From an uncultured Verrucomicrobiae bacterium (GTDB taxonomy: Bacteria; Verrucomicrobiota; Verrucomicrobiia; Chthoniobacterales; Chthoniobacteraceae): a stretch of 64,000 bases of DNA. The stretch lies in assembly GCA_963828525.1 (NCBI GenBank), contig CAWHEP010000005.1:157079-221078 (forward strand), written 5' to 3'. Positions 19,678 to 28,113 of the stretch are shown here, piece by piece; positions within the stretch are counted from its first letter, which is position 1; every line of letters begins with the position of its first letter. The notes beneath the pieces are model-generated. The model was not told the DNA's origin. It was given only the letters and a program-made list of their open reading frames with translations, and did no database searches. The position numbers were made by a program, and so were the translations under genes.

Positions 19678-21386
19678 ATGAGCCAACGCAAACGACAAAA
19701 CTGCAAACGAAACAAGGCGGCAGCGCGCCGCCACGCAGGGGGCGCTGGGCGCTGCCGTCCATCCCCACGCCGCCGGAATCGATGTCGGCGCCACGGAGCT
19801 GGTCGCCGCCATCGCGCCCGGCATCCTCGACGGTCCGCCCGTGCGGACTTTCAGCGCTTTCACCGAAGGACTGCACGCGCTGCGCGACTGGCTGGTCGCC
19901 GCCGGGAGCAAGACCGTGGCGATGGAAAGCACCGGCAACTACTGGCTGTGCGCCTGCGCGGCGCTCGAGGACGCGGGCATCGAAGTCTGCCTGGTCAATG
20001 CCCGGCACGTCAAAGGCGTGCCCGGCAAGAAGACCGACGTGTGCGATGCCGTGTGGCTTCAGCAATTGCACGCCGCCGGGCTGTTGCGCGGCAGCTTCCG
20101 CCCGAAGAAGGAGATCCTCCCGCTGCGTTATCTCATGCGGCACCGTCACGACCTGATCGCGCAGGCCGGCCAGCAGGTCCAGCTCATGCAGAAAGTGCTG
20201 ACAGAAATGAACCTTCACATTCACCACGTCTTCAGCGACGTGGATGGCGTCAGCGCCCAGGCCATCATCACCGCCATTCTGGCCGGGGAGCGCGACCCGG
20301 ACAAGCTGGCGGCGATGCGCGACCGGCGCTGCCGCAGTTCCCTGGCCAAAGTCAAAGCGGCCCTGCTCGGAGACTACCGCGAGGAATATCTTTTCGTGCT
20401 GCGCCAGTGCCAGACGCGCTGGCAGCAGCTTTGCGCGGCCGTGGCCGAGTGCGACCAGGAGATCGCCACCCGCACCGCCGCCCTCGCAGGCGTGACCGAA
20501 CAACCCTTGCCCGAGGCTCCATCTCTCCAGCGCCGCGTCCAGAAGAACATGCCGGCGGCCATGCCCGTCTATGAAGAAGCGCACCGGCTGCTCGGCGTGG
20601 ACTTGAGCAGCGTGCCCGGCGTCAGCGGCGGCGTGCTATGCGTGCTCATGAGTGAAATCGGCACCGCCACTCACCTGCGGGAGAAGTTCCGCAGCGCCGA
20701 AGCCTTCGCGAGTTGGCTCGGCCTGTGCCCCGACAATCGGATCAGCGGCGGACGCATCCTCAAAGCCGGCACGCGGAAAGTCAGCAACCGCATCGCCAAT
20801 ATCCTGCGTCTGGCCGCCAACGCGCTCGGGCGCGCCGACGGTCCGATGGGAGACTATGTCCGCCGTTTCAAGGGACGACTCGGCAAAGCCGAGGGCATCG
20901 TGGCGGGCGCCCACAAACTCGCCCGGATCATCCAGGAGACTGTTGAAGAACTGGGGCATGTCGCGCGAGAGCAATTTGGGGCGTATGGCAAGGCGCGAGC
21001 GACGCGCATACCCGATGGCTCGCCCGGCTACCAACCCCCGCGAATCCCTACCTCCTCCTCGGCGGTCTGTAAGGAGCGAGCAACACCGCCAGACGCCCCA
21101 AGGTGCTCTCGCCCTTCGGGTTGCGCCGATTTTTGAGTTGCGCGGCGTTGCTCGTCAGTCACAGACCCCAGCGGGTATGCTCCCTCCTCACGCCTTGCAC
21201 AACTCAAAAATCGGAAGCAACGCGACATGTCCCAGTTCCTCAACAGTCTCCTAGGCCATGATCGTTTCCGGCCAGCCCTACGATGAAAAAAAAGCTTTTC
21301 AAACCAGCCCCGCCAGCGCCGCGCGCCGCCTCAAACACCTGCAAAACCAAGCCAAAGCACTAAATATGCAACTTGTTCCTGCCTAA
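19678..21386 (+). pseudogene. IS110 transposase/recombinase, interrupted by a MITE near the C-terminus (also a +1 base near 19724)
   Basis: GIDVG, MESTG, KTDVCDA (DEDD), GLCPDNRISGG; C-terminus AMIVSGQPYDE...LVPA resumes after the MITE. Confidence 0.9.
20936..21250. mobile_element. MITE, longest copy (315 bp)
   Basis: same TIRs as 13865-14135. Confidence 0.87.
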
Positions 21387-21406
21387 CAACTTCCACGTTC
21401 TGTTAT

Positions 21407-22334
21407 TCAGGAGGCGACGGTTGATCTCAGTGCGCCTCTTTTGCGTCTGCCACGGTATGAACATGCCATGATTACCAGGCCGCCGAATAACATCGTGACC
21501 GACGACGGCTCAGGAACTGGAGCAGCGGCCATGAAGGAAGCTCCGTTCACTGTGGCGAAGCTACTGACTGTCTGCCCATCCGAGCCTATCTTAACGACAC
21601 TGTTGCTCCCAGCCGCATATAAACTGCCGCTTCCGTCAAAAGCCAAGCCGATAGCGGAGATGCCGGGAGTGGCAAATAAACTAGCACTACCTGAAGGAGT
21701 AATTGTGCTAATACGGTTGGAAAACGTTTCCGCGGCATATAGGTTCCCCGAGCCGTCAAATGCAAGCCCTAGAATACCGCTGTTCTGTAAAGTAGCAAAG
21801 GGGCTTACCGCGCCATTCGGGGCAAACTTATTGATCTGAGTTGAGCCATTGCCTGACACATATACGTTGCCACTACCGTCAACTGCTATACCGCTAGGTG
21901 AATAGCTGGTGGAGAGGTCGGCAAACGGACTGACGAGGCCAGCCAAAGAAATCTTGAAAATGTGGGCGTTTTGACCAGAGGGAGGCGGACTCACCGCTAT
22001 CTACTGCATAGAAACTCGCCAATCCGTCAAAAGCGAGTCCACGGTAAGTTCCCCCGGAAAGGGATGCGAAAGGAGTGACCGTGCCGTTCGGGGCTATTTT
22101 CCTGATCGCACCAAAGAAATCTAGTGAGTAAAGATTGCCGACGGCATCAAAAGCCAACCCCTGAGAGAAGGAGATCGCAGCAAAAGTGCTGACCGTTCCT
22201 GTAGAATCGACTTGAGCAACGTCACTTGAACGGGAGACGTAAAGGGTTTGTGCGAATGCAGCCGACGAAGCGGCGAGCAGAAAAGCGAGAATTACGGTTT
22301 TGAGGGCTGTGTGGATTTGATGTTTGTTTTTCAT
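21407..22334 (-). CDS. PEP-CTERM sorted protein with NHL-like repeats (frameshift near 21990)
   Basis: signal peptide, repeated GLAFDGSGNLY, VPEPSS-TM-RRKR. Confidence 0.85.
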
Positions 22335-22381
22335 TGGTTTTTGTTGGGTGTGTTACCATTGATTTGGCTGTTCGGCGAGTC

Positions 22382-22502
22382 GCCTAACGAGACACAAGAT
22401 CAGCGACCGCGCCCGAGAGCGCGTGTGGCTGCAAGTTTGAGGTGGTAGCTACGCTCAGCGGGGAAACAGAACGGGGCGCAGTTAGCTGCATCGCCTGGTT
22501 AG
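22382..22502 (-). repeat. attC site, R'' interrupted by the mini-IS110
   Basis: GCCTAAC...GTTAGCTGCATCGCCTGGTTAG. Confidence 0.85.
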
Positions 22503-22975
22503 CACCCGAAAAAGAGAAGCTTTTGACGGCGCGTGAGTAACAAGGTTTTACTCCGGGCCGCGCTATGATAGAGCCTTGGATGCGTGTGGCGGGAAGGTAG
22601 GCCGGAATGCCAATGGTGGTGCGGCGATGAGCCGTGACCCCGTGGGTTAGCATGGCCGCAGCCCCCGCGAGACGACCATTGGTGGCGGAGCGGCTGCGCG
22701 AGCAGCAGCGCCGACCCCGTTCAGGAGACTGACTCATTTTGTTCGGCGGCTGCCCCGTCATGCGCACTCAAGAATAGAACCAAATACCATGAGCCAACAC
22801 AAACGAAAAAACTGCAAACGAAACAAGGCGGCAGCCGCCGCCACGCAGGGGGCGCTGGGCGCTGCCGTCCATCCCCACGCCGCCGGAATCGATGTCGGTG
22901 CCACGGAGCTGGTCGCCGCCACTAAATATGCAACTTGTTCCTGCCTAACAACTTCCACGTTCTGTGATTCAGGAG
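22503..22975 (+). mobile_element. non-autonomous 473-bp IS110 derivative
   Basis: complete left end and non-coding region, 5' stub of transposase, 55-bp right end; AG at both junctions. Confidence 0.92.
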
Positions 22976-22984
22976 GCGTTGCGG

Positions 22985-24125
22985 TTATTCGGAGTAACAT
23001 ATTGCTGGCTTTGGAAATCCGTTGAAAGGGATGGCGAAATGAGTGCTGTATGCACCGACGTGATGAAAGATGATTCTGTCTCCATCGCAAGTGTCGTTTG
23101 GGAGAGAAGCTGCACGGGTAATTACGTCGAGGGAATCGCCTGTTGGTCCGGCTAAGACGAATGTTGTTTCGGGTGCGTCGCTACTGACGAACTACGGTTA
23201 CATGGTATTGAGTGGATCCTTGGAAGGCAAGCGTTTCGTAAAGGCCGTTGTAAACGCCAGCATCGAGATATAGCCATGTCCTTCCGTTTCGCTCGTGGCG
23301 GGCAATCACGCTCGCCACGAGACATCCGGCCTGCGCGACGACTCCGCGCCCCGGCTCCAGAATGAGCCGTTGTCGGAGTCCTAATTGTCGGCAAGTGTCG
23401 TGGATGCTCGTCGCGATGTCAGGCAACGAAGGGACTCCCTCGCTGAGAATATATCTACAGGGGAAGCCGCCGCCGATGTTAATGGCGTCGAGAGTGGTTC
23501 CGAGATGTGTAAGCGACTCGATGGCCGGGGCGAGTCGCGTGAGGGCGTTTGCCCACGCGTGCGGATTACTTGCCTGTGAACCGACGTGGAAGCTCATGCC
23601 ATATGGCACCAGTCCGAGCGCCTGTGCAGCGCGAAGCAGCGGCACGGCGGTCTCGATACTCGTGCTGAACTTCTCGGAAAATGTGAATCTACTGCCCTGC
23701 TCCTCAACAGTGACGCGGACAAAAACCCGGGAACCGGGCGCCTCCGCAGCGATCTTATGTAGCTCGGCCTGGGAATCGAACGCGAATCTATCCACGCCGT
23801 AAGCGAAAGCCGCCTTGACGTGCCTCGCAGGCTTGACGGCGGTGCCGAAAATGATTCGGTCGGGAGGAACACCTATCTCGTGCAAAAGGTCGAGTTCGTG
23901 GATTGAAGCAACCTCGAAGGATGAGCCGTGGTCGCGGAGAATGGTGAGAACCTCCGGCTCAGAGTTCGCCTTCATCGCGTAGAAAATCGACGAATGGGGA
24001 AAGTAGGTCTTGAACTCGTTGAGGCGTTCGATGAGCCGTGCCCGTGAGAACACAAAGAACGGCGTCTCGTGAGTGAACGAATCAAGAAGCGCCGGGGAGA
24101 GCCAAGTGTTTAGGATGCGATACAT
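22985..24125 (-). CDS. fold-type III PLP-dependent ornithine/lysine decarboxylase-like enzyme (frameshift near 23185)
   Basis: FYAMKAN, SFHVGSQ, NIGGGFP, EPGR; GPTGDSLD, GAY and FNGF in the next frame. Confidence 0.85.
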
Positions 24126-24138
24126 AAATAACGAAGCA

Positions 24139-25032
24139 CTACAAGCAGGCGAGCAGAATAACTCCCGCAATGGTGACTGCCGTCCCCACAACTTGGATGG
24201 TGGTGACACGCTCCTTCAAGAAGGCTCTCGCCAACACAATTGTTGGCAACGAGAATGCGCCGCTCAATATAGCGATGGTGCTCGTCATAGAGGTGCGGCT
24301 ATAGCCCAAGCTGATTGCGAGATAGGCGATAGCTTCGCATACGCCGATGGGGATAAGGAACATCCACAGACGAAACTTGCGTAAGGAAAGCGGTGTGCTG
24401 GTGGCTCTGGCGATGCAATAGGCGACAACGGTCATGGCAGCATACATGACAGTCGCGTAGAACAGCCAATCGTGGCCGCTGATGAATCGCTGCCATGAAA
24501 TTGTCCAGATGGCGGCAAGCAAAGTGGCAAAAGCGACCTCGGTGAAGCCGGGCACGCGAGCGATAGCGATGCGGCGCTGTCGTAGTGCGGCAGGATCAAT
24601 GTTGAACAGGATGACCCCACCGAAGATCGCAGCTAATGGGATCGGCACGAAATGACCCAAGCGCTCGCCGAAGGCGAAAACGGAGATGAGCGCAACGAAT
24701 CCCGGAAAGGAGGCGAATACCGGGTTGAGCACTGCCAACTGACCTTTGCCAAAGCCGACATAAACCAAGAGATAAACTATCGCTTGGAGAATACCGAACG
24801 CGATCAAGATGCCCCATGAAGAAAGATCAGCCGGAGCATGGGGCATCCTGCCGGTTGCCGTGCGCATCGCAAGAGCAAGAGCGAGAGCGAATGTGCCTGC
24901 GACGTGGCCCCAGAAAAGTGTAACGACACTCCCTACTTCGTCGATGGTCTTCTTGGCGAAGAAGTCCGCGAAGCCCCATCCGAGCATCCCGCCGAGTCCG
25001 GCAGTGAGGGCGATGTAAAATTCGGAGTGCAT
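24139..25032 (-). CDS. EamA/DMT family transporter
   Basis: about 10 TM segments, duplicated EamA pattern (FGERL, FLKERV). Confidence 0.88.
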   Translation of the reverse strand: MHSEFYIALTAGLGGMLGWGFADFFAKKTIDEVGSVVTLFWGHVAGTFALALALAMRTATGRMPHAPADLSSWGILIAFGILQAIVYLLVYVGFGKGQLAVLNPVFASFPGFVALISVFAFGERLGHFVPIPLAAIFGGVILFNIDPAALRQRRIAIARVPGFTEVAFATLLAAIWTISWQRFISGHDWLFYATVMYAAMTVVAYCIARATSTPLSLRKFRLWMFLIPIGVCEAIAYLAISLGYSRTSMTSTIAILSGAFSLPTIVLARAFLKERVTTIQVVGTAVTIAGVILLACL

Positions 25033-25077
25033 GGCTTGTTGTGATTTCGGTGTGCGTTACGCAAGACGCGCAGCGAC

Positions 25078-25269
25078 GCCTAACGAGACCCAATATCAGC
25101 GACCGCTGGCGAGGGCGCGTGTGGCTGCGGATTGAATGTGGAAGTCATTGAATGGAACGGACGGGCACGCCGTGACCTAGACGGGAAGCCCGGAGGGTGA
25201 GCGAGTGCGCGAGTGAATCAAAGCCGGAACGCGGAGCGGCCAGTGGTTCGCTGCATCGTTTGGTTAGGC
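25078..25269 (-). repeat. attC site, enlarged (192 bp)
   Basis: GCCTAAC...ACCGCTGGC/GCCAGTGGT...GTTAGGC. Confidence 0.8.
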
Positions 25270-25950
25270 CTTTTTAACGCGCTGCTTAACTTCGTCATCG
25301 AGGTGCTCCGAAATGAAATTGTTAATAACCATGTCACATCCGAAAATGAGGCCAGCGATCGAATGTAGATCACTCCACTCGTCCTTATCGAGTTTGCGGC
25401 GAGAGGAATCAGGATTGTGAATCAACTCATGCCGAAGTCGCAAAGAGCGCTCGAAAGCAGCTAAATGATCAGCGTCGAGAGAGAATTCAGACTCAGGCCG
25501 ATCTTTAACTCGAAAACTCATTCCGATAACGGATTTCCACAGCGGTTTGCCAATTAGCTTGTCGAACACCGAGGCAATAATAGAGGGATTCTGGAAATTA
25601 AAGCTATCGGCGATCAGCTCCAGCGGATGCACTCGTCTGAGGTAAAAATCGAGCAACTCGTCGATGTCATGCTTTGATCTGTAAATGTCTTTCAGAACCG
25701 GACGGAACGCTTCAGGCTTACATACGCGAAAGATGCCATCAAGCATGTCGCGGAAGTAGACTTCGGAAGCAGTGATCATCGTGACCACCGACTGCTTCTC
25801 CAATACCCAGCGGAGCTTGGGAGTTAATTTGGAGGTGTCCGCCTTTTGGACTTCCAACACTTCGGAATACATTCCGAAGAATGTCTTAAATGGCCTTCCG
25901 CCCCTCGTCAACCGCAACGCTCGGGACTGAAGGAGACGTTCGATGTCCAT
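25264..25950 (-). CDS. HEPN-like domain cassette protein
   Basis: conserved-looking E (ASEVYFRD) and RHELIH (RX4H) motif. Confidence 0.65.
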   Translation of the reverse strand: MDIERLLQSRALRLTRGGRPFKTFFGMYSEVLEVQKADTSKLTPKLRWVLEKQSVVTMITASEVYFRDMLDGIFRVCKPEAFRPVLKDIYRSKHDIDELLDFYLRRVHPLELIADSFNFQNPSIIASVFDKLIGKPLWKSVIGMSFRVKDRPESEFSLDADHLAAFERSLRLRHELIHNPDSSRRKLDKDEWSDLHSIAGLIFGCDMVINNFISEHLDDEVKQRVKKA

Positions 25951-25952
25951 AG

Positions 25953-26055
25953 GCCTAACGGACCCTAGCTCAGCGACGGAGGCTGGCGACGCAAGACGTG
26001 GAATACAGAAAAAGCCCCGCTGCCAGCCTCCGTTCGCTGGAGCGCGTTGTTAGGC
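25953..26055 (-). repeat. attC site
   Basis: same family as 15582-15683. Confidence 0.92.
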
Positions 26056-26068
26056 CTGTTCGCTGCTC

Positions 26069-26401
26069 TCATAGCCAACGTGGATGAGCGAAAAACCCCT
26101 CTGTTCGTCTTTTTACGTCGTTGATCTGCTTGGTCTCCTCCGAGTCATGTAACGAATCAACGTCATACTGCTTCGCGACACGATGCAAGGGCACGCGCGT
26201 CTCGTGACCAAGCACCTGATATAGCCGCTCCCGGAGCCACGCGACATTTCTCGCGCTGATGCCGTGACCTCTTTCGTTTGTTTTTTCGGCGATCCGACCG
26301 TAGGTCGCGAGGTAACCGGAAGGGATTCTGGAAATTTCTTCGAACGTAATCCGACGCCACGAATCGCGTTCGGCGAGGAGTTCTTCGAGTTCAGGGTTCA
26401 T
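26069..26401 (-). CDS. MGMT-family / alkyltransferase-like protein
   Basis: IPSGYLATYGRIA, ARNVA, VPLHRV (Cys of PCHR replaced). Confidence 0.7.
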   Translation of the reverse strand: MNPELEELLAERDSWRRITFEEISRIPSGYLATYGRIAEKTNERGHGISARNVAWLRERLYQVLGHETRVPLHRVAKQYDVDSLHDSEETKQINDVKRRTEGFFAHPRWL

Positions 26402-26417
26402 GGTGGAGGTTCTGATG

Positions 26418-26460
26418 GCCTAACGAGATTTAGGCGAAAGTCCATTTCGCCTATTTCGGC
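26418..26460 (-). other. attI site (short allele)
   Basis: GCCTAACGAGATTTAGGCGAAAGTCCATTTCGCCTA. Confidence 0.85.
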
Positions 26461-26495
26461 TGGCATTCAGGAATGTGTCGTGGTAAAACGAAGAC

Positions 26496-27482
26496 ATGCG
26501 AATGATGTTCCCACATCAAAAAGAAGCTGGCAAGCCGAAACTTCTCGACCGGGTACGGGAGTTGATGCGCCTCAAGCATTACAGCCTGCGCACCGAAAAG
26601 ACGTACGGAGAATGGATTCGCCGTTACATCCTCTACCACGGCAGGCGGCATCCTCGCGAGATGGGGGCGGAGGAGGTCACCGCGTTTCTGACCCATCTCG
26701 CCGCTGAGAGGGATGTCGCGGCCTCGACGCAAAACCAGGCGCTCAGCGCCCTGCTGTTTCTCTACGGCGAGGTCCTCGATGTAAAGCTGCCCTGGCTGGG
26801 TGAAATCCAACGGGTAACCCGCCCCGCCAGGCTGCCGGTTGTCCTGACCCGGGAAGAAGCCAGGAGCGTCCTGGCGGCCCTTCGGGGCGAATACCGGCTG
26901 ATGGCTGACCTGCTCTACGGGAGCGGGTTGCGGCTCCTGGAGTGTCTGCGGTTGCGGGTGAAGGATGTCGATTTTGGCTATCTGCAAATCACGGTGCGTG
27001 AGGGGAAAGGGGGCAAGGACCGCGTGACCGTGCTGCCCGTCAGCCTGGCGCCAGCGATTCGCGAGCATCTGGAGGCGGTGAAAAAGCTGCACGCGGCCGA
27101 TCTGGCCGCCGGGTTTGGCCGGGTGATGCTGCCCGAGGCGCTGGAGCGCAAATATCCGAAGGCTCCGCGGGAATGGGCCTGGCAATGGGTGTTTCCGGCA
27201 GCCCAGCTTTCTACCGATCCCGTGACGGGAATCAAGCGGCGGCATCATGCGCTGGAAAAGAACCTCCAGAATGCTGTGAAAGCGGCCGCGCGAAAGTCGG
27301 GCATCGCAAAGCATGTGACGCCGCACGTCTTCCGGCACAGCTTTGCCACGCATCTGCTGGAGGCGGGCTATGACATCCGCACCGTGCAGGAACTGCTTGG
27401 GCATAAAGAGGTGAGCACCACGATGATCTACACGCACGTCTTGAACCGCCCTGGCCTGGCGGTGCGCTCGCCGCTGGATTAA
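26496..27482 (+). CDS. intI: integron integrase (copy 2)
   Basis: near-identical to copy 1. Confidence 0.97.
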   Translation: MRMMFPHQKEAGKPKLLDRVRELMRLKHYSLRTEKTYGEWIRRYILYHGRRHPREMGAEEVTAFLTHLAAERDVAASTQNQALSALLFLYGEVLDVKLPWLGEIQRVTRPARLPVVLTREEARSVLAALRGEYRLMADLLYGSGLRLLECLRLRVKDVDFGYLQITVREGKGGKDRVTVLPVSLAPAIREHLEAVKKLHAADLAAGFGRVMLPEALERKYPKAPREWAWQWVFPAAQLSTDPVTGIKRRHHALEKNLQNAVKAAARKSGIAKHVTPHVFRHSFATHLLEAGYDIRTVQELLGHKEVSTTMIYTHVLNRPGLAVRSPLD

Positions 27483-27757
27483 AAGCGCGTGGCCGGTTGA
27501 TTGGTCCCACCACTCCCAGTGGCCATCTGTGTATTGCGTCAAGGAATTGCCTTCCTGCTGCCATTTAGCGCGGCGAATTACGATGAGGTCTGCTTGGCTT
27601 GCTTTATCGAGTTGTTCGTCGGTGATGTATGACACGTCAGCGTCGTCTCCGAGCGCTTTTGGGTCGTCTCGCGAATTGATTCAACATAGGTTCTCATTCT
27701 TTTGGTTCCCTTCGTTTGTTTGTGTTTATCCCCGATTGCTCGGGAAAGCGTGAAAGC

Positions 27758-27800
27758 GCGTAACAAGATTTAGGCGAAAGTCCATTTCGCCTATTTGGGA
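27758..27800 (-). other. attI site of intI copy 3
   Basis: GCGTAACAAGATTTAGGCGAAAGTCCATTTCGCCTA. Confidence 0.75.
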
Positions 27801-27835
27801 TGGCAGTCAGGAATGCGTCGTGTTAAAGCGAAGAC

Positions 27836-28103
27836 ATGCCGATGATTCTTCCACGGCAAAACGAAGCTCGCAAGCCGAAACTCCTCGACCGGGTACGGAA
27901 GCTGATGCGGCTCAAGCATTACAGTCTGCGCACCGAAAAGACATATGGAGAATGGATTCGCCGTTACATCCTCTACCACGGCAGGCGGCATCCTCGAGAG
28001 ATGGGCGCGGAGGAGGTCACCGCTTTTCTGACCAATCTCGCTGCTGAGAGGGATGTCGCGGCCTCGGGCGCAAAACGAGGCGCTCAACGCCCTTCTGTTT
28101 CTT
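27836..28103 (+). pseudogene. intI: integron integrase (copy 3), N-terminal fragment only
   Basis: similarity to other copies stops after the ALNALLFL-coding region. Confidence 0.9.
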
Positions 28104-28113
28104 TAAGCCTCGG

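Larger units (their letters stand above)
19392..21413 (+). mobile_element. IS110-family element inserted in attC
   Basis: DEDD transposase; AG repeated at both junctions; same ends in other copies. Confidence 0.93.
17751..26460 (-). mobile_element. integron cassette array 2
   Basis: cassettes and attC sites between intI copy 1 and the attI of copy 2. Confidence 0.93.

Noticed and set aside
19841..21136. 431-aa ORF as an intact transposase
   Set aside because: It lacks the first catalytic Asp (upstream frame) and its C-terminus is read-through into the MITE.
21381..21410. GCCTAAC...GTTA mini-hairpin in the IS right end as a replacement attC
   Set aside because: About 30 nt, lacks L boxes, and the intI-linked variant changes it to GCCTGAC.
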